Source: a virus (taxonomy: Duplodnaviria; Heunggongvirae; Uroviricota; Caudoviricetes). From it: DNA of 64,000 bases. The translations under genes and the position numbers were made by a program. The stretch lies in the IMG/VR virus record IMGVR_UViG_3300032665_000003. One strand, given 5' to 3'. How positions within the stretch are numbered: position 1 is the stretch's first letter; the number at the start of each line of letters is the position of its first letter. The notes under the pieces are model-generated. The model saw only the letters and a program-made list of their open reading frames with translations. It ran no database searches and was not told the DNA's origin. Positions 27,629 through 36,614 of the stretch are shown here, one piece after another.

Positions 27629-28825
27629 ATGGTAGACACAAAATTAGATCATTGTTCCTTCTGTGGAACTCATAAAGACCAAGTAACAAAGCTTATCGTT
27701 AGTGAAGACGTAGCGATTTGTAGCGACTGTATAGACTTGTGCAATCAACTTATTGCATCTGGAAAATCCTCCTCAAGTATTAAACCTGATCAAACAGAGA
27801 TTGATGCATATAGCATTAAGGAATATCTTGACCAGCATGTCATAGGTCAGGATGAAGCTAAGAAGGTTTTGTCGGTAGCGATTTCTAATCATTACAAGCG
27901 AATTAATAATCCACCTAAGGATTTAGAAATTCAAAAGGGAAACGTGCTACTGATTGGACCAACTGGTTCTGGTAAGACCCTTTTAGCTAAAACAGTAGCA
28001 AAATATCTGAACGTTCCTTTCGTGATTGCAGATGCTACTAACTTGACTGAGGCAGGGTACGTAGGCGAAGATGCCGAAACCATGATTGCAATGCTATTAG
28101 CTCTTGCAGATAACGATGTGAGCAAAGCAGAACGCGGGATAGTCTTTATTGACGAGATTGATAAAATCTCTCGCAAGAGTGAGAGTGCTAGCATTACCCG
28201 TGATGTTAGCGGAGAGGGCGTTCAACAAGCACTTTTGAAGTTGGTAGAGGGAACTAAATGCCGGGTAAGCCCGATTGGCAAACGCAAGCATCCACAAGGT
28301 GAAATGATTGAAGTGGATACCAAAAATATTCTGTTTATTGCAGGTGGAGCCTTTGTCGGAATAGAAAACATAATCAAAAGTAGAACACAGGGATCGTCTA
28401 TCGGGTTCGGCCCGGTGATGAAACCAAAAAATGACGCTGTTTGTTTATCATCTGTGAGTCCTGATGATTTAACAAAGTTTGGTATGATTCCAGAGTTTAT
28501 CGGAAGATTTACTACTACTATAACCTTGCAGGATCTAACTTTAGATCAACTGGTTGCAGTGTTGACTACCATCAAAAACAGCTTTATTGAGCAATATCAA
28601 TATCTGTTCGAACTTGATGGAATTGAACTCTCATTTACCGAAGATGCTATCGTGAAGACTGCGCAAAATTGTATAGATTTACATACGGGTGCTAGAGGCC
28701 TACACACGGAAATAGAACGTGTGCTAATGCAACATATGTTCCACATTCATAAGTATAAGGAATGCGGTATTAAAACTATAACAATCGATGTAGATCAAAT
28801 AACCAACCCTACACCACTAGTATAA
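27629..28825 (+). CDS. clpX: ATP-dependent Clp protease ATP-binding subunit ClpX
   Basis: CSFC...CSDC Zn domain, GPTGSGKT, IDEIDK, RDVSGEGVQQALLK, TGARGL. Confidence 0.97.
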   Translation: MVDTKLDHCSFCGTHKDQVTKLIVSEDVAICSDCIDLCNQLIASGKSSSSIKPDQTEIDAYSIKEYLDQHVIGQDEAKKVLSVAISNHYKRINNPPKDLEIQKGNVLLIGPTGSGKTLLAKTVAKYLNVPFVIADATNLTEAGYVGEDAETMIAMLLALADNDVSKAERGIVFIDEIDKISRKSESASITRDVSGEGVQQALLKLVEGTKCRVSPIGKRKHPQGEMIEVDTKNILFIAGGAFVGIENIIKSRTQGSSIGFGPVMKPKNDAVCLSSVSPDDLTKFGMIPEFIGRFTTTITLQDLTLDQLVAVLTTIKNSFIEQYQYLFELDGIELSFTEDAIVKTAQNCIDLHTGARGLHTEIERVLMQHMFHIHKYKECGIKTITIDVDQITNPTPLV

Positions 28826-28870
28826 TACCCAAAATACTAGAATTTTTACGAATTTATAGTAGTATAAATA

Positions 28871-28933
28871 CTATTGTAGATGCTCAATGAGGTCTACAAT
28901 AATAGTCTTGCTTAATAAAGGAGATAAAACATG
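28871..28933 (+). promoter_or_regulatory. ROSE-like RNA thermometer in hsp20 leader, after late promoter TATAAATA (28863-28870)
   Basis: 5' hairpin ATTGTAGA/TCTACAAT; 3' hairpin TCTTGCTT-AATA-AAGGAGA pairs the SD with a bulged G. Confidence 0.7.
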
Positions 28934-29380
28934 ACTAATGAACTAACCCTTCGTGCCTTCGACATTCCATCAATTCATAAATTTGCAGTAGGTTTTGACA
29001 GCGTTTTTAATGAATTGAGTAGAGCACATTTTCTGCAATCTAATGTCAATTATCCACCATTTAATGTAGTACAACATTCTGACGATAGATTCAGCATCGA
29101 ACTTGCTGTGGCCGGATTTAACGAAGGAGATATCGATGTTACTTTGGAAAAAAACGTTCTAACTATTCAAGGTAAACAAGCAGTAGAAGACAATCTAAAT
29201 GGACCTGTGTATCTACATCGCGGTATTTCGGCCCGCAGTTTTACTCGTTCGTTCACTTTAGCAGAACATGTTGAGGTTGAAGGAGCTGACGTTAATAACG
29301 GCATTCTAACTATTGATCTTGAGCGCAAGGTTCCTGAGGAACAAAAACCCAAAACCATTGCGGTTTCATATAAAAAGTAA
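28931..29380 (+). CDS. hsp20: Small heat-shock protein Hsp20 (IbpA-like)
   Basis: NYPPFNV, IELAVAGF, YLHRGISARSF, NGILTIDLER. Confidence 0.96.
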   Translation: MTNELTLRAFDIPSIHKFAVGFDSVFNELSRAHFLQSNVNYPPFNVVQHSDDRFSIELAVAGFNEGDIDVTLEKNVLTIQGKQAVEDNLNGPVYLHRGISARSFTRSFTLAEHVEVEGADVNNGILTIDLERKVPEEQKPKTIAVSYKK

Positions 29381-29420
29381 TATAAATAATAGTGCTTGCA
29401 GCCGATGTGGCTGCAAGCAC
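29381..29420 (+). promoter_or_regulatory. Late promoter plus perfect 12-bp 5' hairpin before clpS
   Basis: TATAAATA then GTGCTTGCAGCC-GATGT-GGCTGCAAGCAC. Confidence 0.6.
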
Positions 29421-29439
29421 ACTATCAAGGATTAATAAA

Positions 29440-29748
29440 ATGGCAAATGCAGAAATCAAAAGCAAAATTAAGCCTAACGTAGCTCTTAAGGAGCCGCCAC
29501 TATACAAGATTATCTACATCAATGATAATCATACTTCTATGGAATTCGTGATTAGTTCTCTCGTTGAGTACTTTAATTACAATCCAGACACTGCATCAGT
29601 CATTACTGTTGATATTCATGAGCAAGGTAGCGCGGTGGTTGCTGTTCTGCCATATGAAATCGCCGAACAGAAAGGAATTGAAGTCACGCTTGATGCCCGT
29701 GCACAAGGATATCCTCTACAAGTGAAGGTAGAAGCAGAATCAAACTAA
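29440..29748 (+). CDS. clpS: ClpS N-end-rule adaptor
   Basis: PPLYKIIYINDNHTSMEFVI, VHEQGSAVV, YEIAEQK, YPLQV. Confidence 0.93.
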   Translation: MANAEIKSKIKPNVALKEPPLYKIIYINDNHTSMEFVISSLVEYFNYNPDTASVITVDIHEQGSAVVAVLPYEIAEQKGIEVTLDARAQGYPLQVKVEAESN

Positions 29749-30438
29749 TACTGTGATTCGCTTAGCCCAATAGGGCGACTTTTTAATGTATGGATTATTA
29801 ATGTAGTTGATGTTACTAACTACAGTATCAGACCCCTTATCGTAGGTGCCAAATACCCAATGTGTTACTTTGTGTTCGGTATCACTATCCAAAGAAACAT
29901 TTAGTGGTATTTGGTCTTCTACGACATTGGGTCCTTCACCGAAATATAGATTTGGATTAGGTACTGCGTTAGACACTACGATTATTTTCTTAACATCTAG
30001 GTGTTTTTGCAATTTACCGATAGCTTTGTGTAGATATGTAATATCTTCGTGTCTTGCTGCTGCCGGTAAAAGATTCTCTAGTGTAAGAGCATCGCTAACG
30101 TTACTCCATCCATTTATGCCTACAATAGCAATACCGTCAATAATTACAACGTGCTGATGAAGCATACAGACTTTAGGTAGACTTTGTGAAATAGACATTA
30201 GCTCTTCGGTTCTAGAAACAATATCAATGGCTGTTTCGTATTCTAATATACCTGGAGTATAGAATACTCCTTGATAGAATCTACCCAAATGTGCTAATGT
30301 TTGAAGGACTGTCATTATGTCAGAACTGACATTACCTGCAACTATACAATAAAGGCTGGTTGCCTTACCTTCCCAATTAAAACTGTCATGGGAAGATAGA
30401 TTAAGGTCACTGATTACATCAAAGCCTATGTCTTGCAT
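29740..30438 (-). CDS. Degenerate metallophosphoesterase-like protein
   Basis: ISDLNL, VAGNV, WVFGT pattern with lost His ligands. Confidence 0.55.
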   Translation of the reverse strand: MQDIGFDVISDLNLSSHDSFNWEGKATSLYCIVAGNVSSDIMTVLQTLAHLGRFYQGVFYTPGILEYETAIDIVSRTEELMSISQSLPKVCMLHQHVVIIDGIAIVGINGWSNVSDALTLENLLPAAARHEDITYLHKAIGKLQKHLDVKKIIVVSNAVPNPNLYFGEGPNVVEDQIPLNVSLDSDTEHKVTHWVFGTYDKGSDTVVSNINYINNPYIKKSPYWAKRITVLV

Positions 30439-30444
30439 GTATAA

Positions 30445-30828
30445 TTATTTTGCAACATCTAGCTTAGGCTTACGTGGAGTGCCGGCCTTCTTCACTACGG
30501 ATTCAGCTTCATTAACTACTACATTTTCGACTTGCTTAGCAGCGGCCTTAATACGAGGAGATGCCTTCTTTAAGGCTACTTCAACTACATCTTCAACCTT
30601 TTCAGCAACTTCTTGGACTTCCGGTGCATATTGTTTAACAGCCACTTCAACATTTGCAGCAACTGCCTCAGCCTGCGGCGCATATTTTTCAATAACTGCT
30701 TCTACTTTGGCTGCCTCGCTAGTAACTGTTTCGGTAACCTGTGTTATAGACTTGTTATTCTTTTTGTAATAAAAATAAACAACTGTAGCTACTGCTGCAA
30801 CTACGATTATTCCTAATAGAAATACCAT
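30445..30828 (-). CDS. Membrane-anchored Ala/Val/Glu-rich protein
   Basis: N-terminal TM helix, VEAV/YAP repeats; GGAG RBS; CATAAATA upstream. Confidence 0.65.
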   Translation of the reverse strand: MVFLLGIIVVAAVATVVYFYYKKNNKSITQVTETVTSEAAKVEAVIEKYAPQAEAVAANVEVAVKQYAPEVQEVAEKVEDVVEVALKKASPRIKAAAKQVENVVVNEAESVVKKAGTPRKPKLDVAK

Positions 30829-30904
30829 AAAATATTCTCCTATTTGTTGGTCTTCAAGTGTATTTATGATGACTACCATAGGACTAAACTAATAAAGAGA
30901 AAAT

Positions 30905-31846
30905 ATGACTATTACCCGTATCAAAAATCAAATGCTAGATTTAATAAATAACACTACCGATTTATGTGTATTGACCAATTCACTTAAGGTTCTTGAGCAC
31001 GGCGATATTCGCAATCGAGCGTTAAATGTCCTAAAAACTAATCCTACTGCTGCTGCTTTTGCAGATCAAATAGCAAACACTATAATTAGCATTGATGTTC
31101 CGGTCATCGAGAAAAATGATTTCTTGAACAGATATCCTAAAGGTGTCTTAGATGTATCTTTACTACTAGACAAGAATCCACACACCTTTAGGGAGTTAGT
31201 TGGCTCAGGCTTTTCTGCTATCTTATACAAGGAGTTGTGTATTTCTTTGGTGTCACAGGGTGTTGGGCCCGGAGAGGTTGCTATTGCAGCTATGAATCCT
31301 ACCATCCGATGGAACGGACAAGTTCCTGGTGGCGGTGATATCGTAGTCGGCGGTATCTGCGTTGAAGTTAAGACTAAGATTAAATCTGGCGGACGATGGT
31401 TAAATACACGCAAGGCTAACATGAACATGCCGGCTATAAAACATGCTATTGAAGGCCAGAGCGGGAGTTCGATACCAGATAGATTATCTATCTCCGATTG
31501 GATTTATATCTATCGACCTAAGATACCTACTACTAATTTACCTGACGTATGTAAAACAATAGCTACTGGATTATTCACTGCTACAGATACTAATGCATTT
31601 GAAACGGCATTAGTGACCGGTGACAAAGAAACTATTTTAGACGAGCTTCTACGAGCAGGATATAACAACTACAAAACCCTATCTAAGTTTGATGGAATAT
31701 TGATGATAGATGTTCCAAAAGAAAAAGCACAGTATTTCACCACCTACGAAGAAATGAAGGGTAAAATTAAGGTCGAGTGCGCATATCTGTATGCACCCGA
31801 AAGTGAAGCGATGCCTAAGGTTTCGTTAAGTATTCCAAATTGGTAG
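30905..31846 (+). CDS. PD-(D/E)xK nuclease-like protein
   Basis: GVGPGEVAI...GGDIVV...VEVKT. Confidence 0.5.
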   Translation: MTITRIKNQMLDLINNTTDLCVLTNSLKVLEHGDIRNRALNVLKTNPTAAAFADQIANTIISIDVPVIEKNDFLNRYPKGVLDVSLLLDKNPHTFRELVGSGFSAILYKELCISLVSQGVGPGEVAIAAMNPTIRWNGQVPGGGDIVVGGICVEVKTKIKSGGRWLNTRKANMNMPAIKHAIEGQSGSSIPDRLSISDWIYIYRPKIPTTNLPDVCKTIATGLFTATDTNAFETALVTGDKETILDELLRAGYNNYKTLSKFDGILMIDVPKEKAQYFTTYEEMKGKIKVECAYLYAPESEAMPKVSLSIPNW

Positions 31847-31914
31847 CCGAAACATTTGCTTTTCACTGCCTGCTTATATAACATAAATCTATAAACTCAA
31901 ACAAAGGATATTAA

Positions 31915-32505
31915 ATGAGTCTCGTTCCAATCGTACTTGAACAAACCAGCCGTGGCGAAAGAAGTTATGACATTTATTCGCGCCTTCTCAGAGACAGAGT
32001 GATTCTTTTGGAGGGTGAAGTTCATGATCAAATGGCTAACCTTATCGTAGCGCAATTGCTCTACCTAGAATCCGAAGATTCTTCTGCTGACATTTCGCTC
32101 TATATAAACTCGCCAGGTGGCTCCGTTACTGCTGGCATGGCGATCTACGATGCTATTCAGTTCATCAAGCCTGATGTTTCCACTATCGTGATGGGACAGG
32201 CCTGCTCGATGGGATCATTGCTTGCTCAGGCAGGTGCAGCTGGAAAGCGATTTATGCTTCCGAACGCTCGTCACATGATTCACCAACCATCTGGTGGCGC
32301 CCGCGGAATGCAAAGTGATATCGAGATTTCTTACAAGGAGATCACCTATCTCAAGAAGCGTTTGACTGAAATCTACGTCGAACATAACTCTGCCGGAAAG
32401 ACGTATGCAGATTTTGAGCGTGACATGGACCGCGATAAGTTTATGTCTGCCCAAGAAGCTTTGGAATACGGGCTTATCGATAAGATCGTCACTAAGCGCG
32501 ACTAG
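31915..32505 (+). CDS. clpP: ATP-dependent Clp protease proteolytic subunit ClpP
   Basis: [36 protein letters not shown]. Confidence 0.98.
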   Translation: MSLVPIVLEQTSRGERSYDIYSRLLRDRVILLEGEVHDQMANLIVAQLLYLESEDSSADISLYINSPGGSVTAGMAIYDAIQFIKPDVSTIVMGQACSMGSLLAQAGAAGKRFMLPNARHMIHQPSGGARGMQSDIEISYKEITYLKKRLTEIYVEHNSAGKTYADFERDMDRDKFMSAQEALEYGLIDKIVTKRD

Positions 32506-32644
32506 CAGGTTGATAATCCTGATTTTCCTAATCACCTAAAGACTAGCGAGAAGAACGAACTGTTCTACGATCCGCTGTCCGCTTTGGTCGTGGAGATTTG
32601 GTTCAGCAAGGGTACTAATAGTTATCTGTTTAGGATCTATTGAA

Positions 32645-33223
32645 ATGCTACCGCCGCTATCTGGCGAACAAAAGATGTGGTATATCCTTAAGGGGTATAC
32701 TATTAACGTGGACGTATTCGGAAATCGGGAGTGGTGTCTAAACGGACAACTTCACCGAGAAGACGGCCCGGCGTGTGAATATGCGAACGGCATTCGGGAT
32801 TGGTATCTTAACGGGCAACGTCACCGAGAAGACGGCCCGGCGGTTGAATATGCGGATGGAACTCGGTATTGGTATCGCTACGGAGAATACCACCGAGAAG
32901 GCGGCCCGGCGGTTGAAGATGCGAACTTCGGTCGGCATTGGTATCTTAACGGGCAACGTCACCGAGAAGGCGGCCCTGCTATTGAATATGCGAACGGCGA
33001 TCGGCATTGGTATCTTAACGGGCAACGTCACCGAGAAGGCGGCCCTGCTATTGAATATGCGAACGGCGATCGGCATTGGTATCTTAACGGGCAACGTCAC
33101 CGAGAAGACGGCCCGGCGGTTGAATGGGAGAACGGCAATCGGGCTTGGTATCTAAACGACCAAAACATGACCGAACAAGAACACCGAAAACTCACTCAAA
33201 AGAAAATGGCTAATATCGGTTGA
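32645..33223 (+). CDS. Tandem-repeat protein (WYLNG.RHREDGPA.EYANG; MORN-like)
   Basis: Six 23-aa repeats; paralogue at 54548-54781. Confidence 0.85.
   Translation: MLPPLSGEQKMWYILKGYTINVDVFGNREWCLNGQLHREDGPACEYANGIRDWYLNGQRHREDGPAVEYADGTRYWYRYGEYHREGGPAVEDANFGRHWYLNGQRHREGGPAIEYANGDRHWYLNGQRHREGGPAIEYANGDRHWYLNGQRHREDGPAVEWENGNRAWYLNDQNMTEQEHRKLTQKKMANIG
32732..33145 (+). repeat. Six tandem 69-bp coding repeats
   Basis: Units start tggt(a/g)t...; units 4 and 5 are identical. Confidence 0.95.
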
Positions 33224-33248
33224 CTTCGGATATCCATATCTGTATATT
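33220..33248 (+). promoter_or_regulatory. sigma70-like promoter overlapping stop codon of repeat gene
   Basis: TTGACT-17-TATATT. Confidence 0.7.
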
Positions 33249-33299
33249 CAGAACATAGAGAGCAACGGTGCTCTCGCACACAAACACGAGGAACTTGCA

Positions 33300-33560
33300 A
33301 TGTCGTACATCGTCTATCACATCGCTTCGACTCAACTGAGCAAGTCTTACAAAGACGAGACTGGCGCCAAGCGCGGACGCACTTGCATGAACCGTAACGC
33401 TGGCAGTGTTCAGTATGCTTATGCGAGCAATGAAGACTATCACAACAAGGTGGTCGGCATGAAGACTGTTCGCAATCTGATGACTGGTAAGGAAATTCAA
33501 ATCCCGACGAACACTCCCGGATGTTGTGATCCCAGTCGGGAAAGCTATTGGTCGATGTGA
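33300..33560 (+). CDS. Hypothetical early protein
   Basis: GAGG RBS; VRNLMTGKEIQI.TNTPGCCDPS.ESYWSM. Confidence 0.8.
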   Translation: MSYIVYHIASTQLSKSYKDETGAKRGRTCMNRNAGSVQYAYASNEDYHNKVVGMKTVRNLMTGKEIQIPTNTPGCCDPSRESYWSM

Positions 33561-33568
33561 GAATCAAA

Positions 33569-33748
33569 ATGACGATGGACAGGGCTCACACTATTCTCAT
33601 TAAGATGGCTAAGGAACGTTATACCTCTATCTTTGCGGTTCTTGCCGAATTCAACCAATATCAAGTGGACGGTGAATGCAAGCATTTCTGGCCCGATGAA
33701 AATACCGCCTGCAACACTCTATTGGGATTGAAGGTAAATGTCTCCTAA
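33569..33748 (+). CDS. Hypothetical protein
   Basis: ORF 33548-33748. Confidence 0.5.
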   Translation: MTMDRAHTILIKMAKERYTSIFAVLAEFNQYQVDGECKHFWPDENTACNTLLGLKVNVS

Positions 33749-34088
33749 TGTAAGTGATATGGTCGGCAAAATCTTTACTAAGGTTTACGCTGACGATGAT
33801 TGTATGGTTTTTGAAAATGCCGAGGAGAGATACACCTTTACGCATGTTCAAGATTGTTGTGAAACTGTCAGAATTGAGGAAATCTGGGGAGATTTGGAAG
33901 ACCTTGAACTTTGGCCTCTGCTCGTCGCCGCAGAAGTCAACGGCGAATCTCCGGACTATGAAGGAGAATCGTGCACCTGGACCTTCTACAAATTCGCTAC
34001 CTTTAAGGGATTTGTAGATGTTAGGTGGTTGGGCGCGTCAAACGGGTACTACTCTGAAGGCGTAGACCTTCATCATGAAAAACTTTAA
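33738..34088 (+). CDS. Hypothetical protein
   Basis: HVQDCCETV...TWTFYK...VRWLG.SNGYYSE. Confidence 0.8.
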   Translation: MSPNVSDMVGKIFTKVYADDDCMVFENAEERYTFTHVQDCCETVRIEEIWGDLEDLELWPLLVAAEVNGESPDYEGESCTWTFYKFATFKGFVDVRWLGASNGYYSEGVDLHHEKL

Positions 34089-34102
34089 TTAGGAAAAATA
34101 CT

Positions 34103-34309
34103 ATGGAAGCTCTTATCAAGGCTTTGGTTTTGTTTGTTGTCGCTCTTATTCTAGGTATTCTACTTAGTTGGCCCGCGATGATGCTTTGGAACGGATGTCT
34201 AGTTCCGGCAGTAACCTTTGCTAAGCCGATCGGCTGGATGCAAGCTTGGGGTCTGATGGTTCTGTTCAGCCTCATGTTCAAGTCTACCAACTACAACTCC
34301 AACGATTAA
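34103..34309 (+). CDS. Small membrane protein
   Basis: Two hydrophobic helices; AGGA RBS. Confidence 0.7.
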   Translation: MEALIKALVLFVVALILGILLSWPAMMLWNGCLVPAVTFAKPIGWMQAWGLMVLFSLMFKSTNYNSND

Positions 34310-34311
34310 AC

Positions 34312-34515
34312 ATGAGTGAGTGCGCGACCAAAATAGAATGTGTTCCGAATGAGGATATCATTCAGTGGTTAGTTAAGCATGTTGGGCCGCGCACTCACTA
34401 CACTGCAAAAAGCATAGGCGGTAAGGGTTGGAGATTTACGAGGTACGGGGCAACCCCTTGGTATCTTGTATTTGACGACGAAAAACTGTTAGTTTATTTT
34501 TTATTGATGAGGTAA
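34312..34515 (+). CDS. Hypothetical protein
   Basis: ORF 34246-34515, ATG 34312. Confidence 0.55.
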   Translation: MSECATKIECVPNEDIIQWLVKHVGPRTHYTAKSIGGKGWRFTRYGATPWYLVFDDEKLLVYFLLMR

Positions 34516-34519
34516 AACA

Positions 34520-34720
34520 ATGTATTTTTTGATTTCTTTGGCTATGCATACTTCAATGGGTAGCTACTCTACGTTGGCTAGCTGTAACGCAGCTATTCGT
34601 AGCATCTACGAACAGAAACTGGATCCGTATCACATGATGCCTAAGGATCAGGTGAAAGCAGCATTAGACTCGCAAATGATATATCTTGCACCTAAAGAAT
34701 ATATTTGCACCAAACAATAA
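34520..34720 (+). CDS. Hypothetical protein
   Basis: GAGG RBS; 66 aa. Confidence 0.6.
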   Translation: MYFLISLAMHTSMGSYSTLASCNAAIRSIYEQKLDPYHMMPKDQVKAALDSQMIYLAPKEYICTKQ

Positions 34721-34726
34721 ATTCGG

Positions 34727-34755
34727 TTGACACCCGTTTCTCAATTAGCTATAAA
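34727..34755 (+). promoter_or_regulatory. sigma70-like promoter
   Basis: TTGACA-17-TATAAA. Confidence 0.65.
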
Positions 34756-34785
34756 GAATCACAAGCTGATTGAAGGAGCTGACAG

Positions 34786-35073
34786 ATGACCGACTTTGCT
34801 CTCACTTACGAACGTTGCAGCGACGAACGCACCGGCGAGCATAACGGGTTCGTTCGTGCTATTGTGTTTTACGGTGACGTGAAAACTAACCATTGGGGCA
34901 TTTGTGACATTCTTAAAGGCAAGCATGTCATCGACCTTGAATGCGGTATTCGTGAGCGGGCCGAAGAAGGTCAGTACGAAAATGTGAATCTGGGGCTGTG
35001 GTATGAATTCACGACTAAAGAACAGCCCGATTGTATCAACATCTTTGAAGCCGCCGAAGCGGCTATGGTGTAA
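34786..35073 (+). CDS. Hypothetical early protein
   Basis: AAGGAG RBS. Confidence 0.7.
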   Translation: MTDFALTYERCSDERTGEHNGFVRAIVFYGDVKTNHWGICDILKGKHVIDLECGIRERAEEGQYENVNLGLWYEFTTKEQPDCINIFEAAEAAMV

Positions 35074-35075
35074 AA

Positions 35076-35462
35076 ATGGACATGCTCGCTGAAGGCAGTC
35101 GCGTCACGATTAAGGTTCGCAACCCGTATTGGGCTTCGCGTGATCGTGTTGCCAAACATATCGTGATCCCGGAGTTTGTCGAATATACGGGCACGATTGT
35201 TCGTCAATCCTGGCAGAGTGCAGAAGAAATTGGTATTACTTCTGGCATCCCCCACTTTCCCATGCGGCGTATTCTGCGTGAAAACATTGTTGAGGTGAAC
35301 GGGGCGGTGACTGACTACGTGCCAGCAAAGTCTGATAAGGTGACCAAAATCGTTCAAGGATCTAAAGGTAGTACATACATTGTCACTACTGAAAATGGTA
35401 AATCCACTTGTACATGTCCTGGATTCAGTTTTCGAAAAACTTGTAAGCACGTCGAGTCATGA
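35076..35462 (+). CDS. SWIM zinc-finger protein
   Basis: STCTCPGFSFRKTCKHV. Confidence 0.8.
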   Translation: MDMLAEGSRVTIKVRNPYWASRDRVAKHIVIPEFVEYTGTIVRQSWQSAEEIGITSGIPHFPMRRILRENIVEVNGAVTDYVPAKSDKVTKIVQGSKGSTYIVTTENGKSTCTCPGFSFRKTCKHVES

Positions 35463-35771
35463 AGGTTACGCCAGCATATCTCGGTCCAAAAACACTAGAT
35501 CGAATTTGGTTAACCTGGTTGGAAGAAAACTATCCAAATGCATCGGAGTTGCGCGGTGCCAAAGTTGGATGGAGGCAATCATACGCTCATGCTAATAGAA
35601 AATCCAATCAGAATATGAAATTTGAACAGTGGTTATTTAATGAAGGAGCCACTGCAGTGGATTCAAGAACAAGTAGATAACCACGGCGGTCCAATCATCA
35701 GGGACTACATCTTTATCAAGTCAAATCCCGTAAAGCATCAGAATGACGATGATGACGAAATTCCATTTTAA
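35459..35771 (+). pseudogene. Hypothetical gene with +1 frameshift at ~35660; acidic DDDDEIPF tail
   Basis: Removing one G of gtggatt joins 35459 ORF to IQEQVDN...DDDDEIPF-stop. Confidence 0.5.
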
Positions 35772-35780
35772 GGAAAATGC

Positions 35781-36014
35781 ATGACTGAACAGGAAGCAAT
35801 GGATAAGTGGTGCCCGCATTCAGCGAAGTATCATTCACATGGCTCATACAACCGAGGTGACTCCGCAGTTACGCCGGCTGGCACACATTGTATAGGTGGA
35901 CGTTGTATGGCTTGGAGGTGGATTCAGGATGAGCTAGTGGCCTTTGTTGCTAACGGAAAAACCGTTGTAAGCGAGGGTGAACACGGTTATTGCGGTTTGG
36001 CTGGACCACTTTAA
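35781..36014 (+). CDS. Hypothetical protein
   Basis: KWCP...CIGGRCMAWRW...GYCGLAG. Confidence 0.75.
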   Translation: MTEQEAMDKWCPHSAKYHSHGSYNRGDSAVTPAGTHCIGGRCMAWRWIQDELVAFVANGKTVVSEGEHGYCGLAGPL

Positions 36015-36017
36015 GGA

Positions 36018-36046
36018 TTGACAATATCCAACCGCTTTGATACAAT
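36018..36046 (+). promoter_or_regulatory. sigma70-like promoter
   Basis: TTGACA-17-TACAAT. Confidence 0.75.
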
Positions 36047-36071
36047 CAATAATCGACTAAGGAGTATTTCA

Positions 36072-36479
36072 ATGACTATGCATCTACTCGGTCCTGCTTA
36101 TTCTACGATTTCTTCTAAGAAGCGTAAGAGCAAAGGTGTGACCATTGATGCTAAAGTTGCTACTGACTTTCGTGAACACAACAAGCAACGAAAGCGTTTG
36201 GGCCTCAAGGAACGCACTGTAGATGAATATATTGCTTATCGTCAGGGTAAGCTTAAGTACCAACCCAAAATCATTGAAGAACCTCTCTACGCTAAGTCAC
36301 ACATTCGACAAAGTCCTAAGATTCCATCCTACGGCGATCAAGTGGGTTCAGTCGCTGCGAGGACCGAAAATAAGTACACCGGCACGTTGATTACTGGCAT
36401 CGCAACTATGCATAAATCTAATGCAGTTCCGGTAATCAACAAGAATCAAATGGAAGAAATCGCCCGAATGCGGCGCTGA
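36072..36479 (+). CDS. Basic hypothetical protein of T4-like phages
   Basis: YTGTLITGIATMHKSNAVPV...ARMRR; AAGGAG RBS. Confidence 0.75.
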   Translation: MTMHLLGPAYSTISSKKRKSKGVTIDAKVATDFREHNKQRKRLGLKERTVDEYIAYRQGKLKYQPKIIEEPLYAKSHIRQSPKIPSYGDQVGSVAARTENKYTGTLITGIATMHKSNAVPVINKNQMEEIARMRR

Positions 36480-36614
36480 CCTTCTCTACTATTTTTAGTA
36501 ACTAAATCTTTATTAGCACGGAGTGTTTGTGGCTGACTTTGTTTGGCAAGGAGAACTGCGTGCCCTTCGATTGGCTAAGCAATTGAGCATTGCATTGGGA
36601 GTTAAGATTTCACC

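Noticed and set aside
32732-33145. Possible CRISPR array
   Set aside because: Units are contiguous 69-bp in-frame coding repeats with no unique spacers; no cas genes
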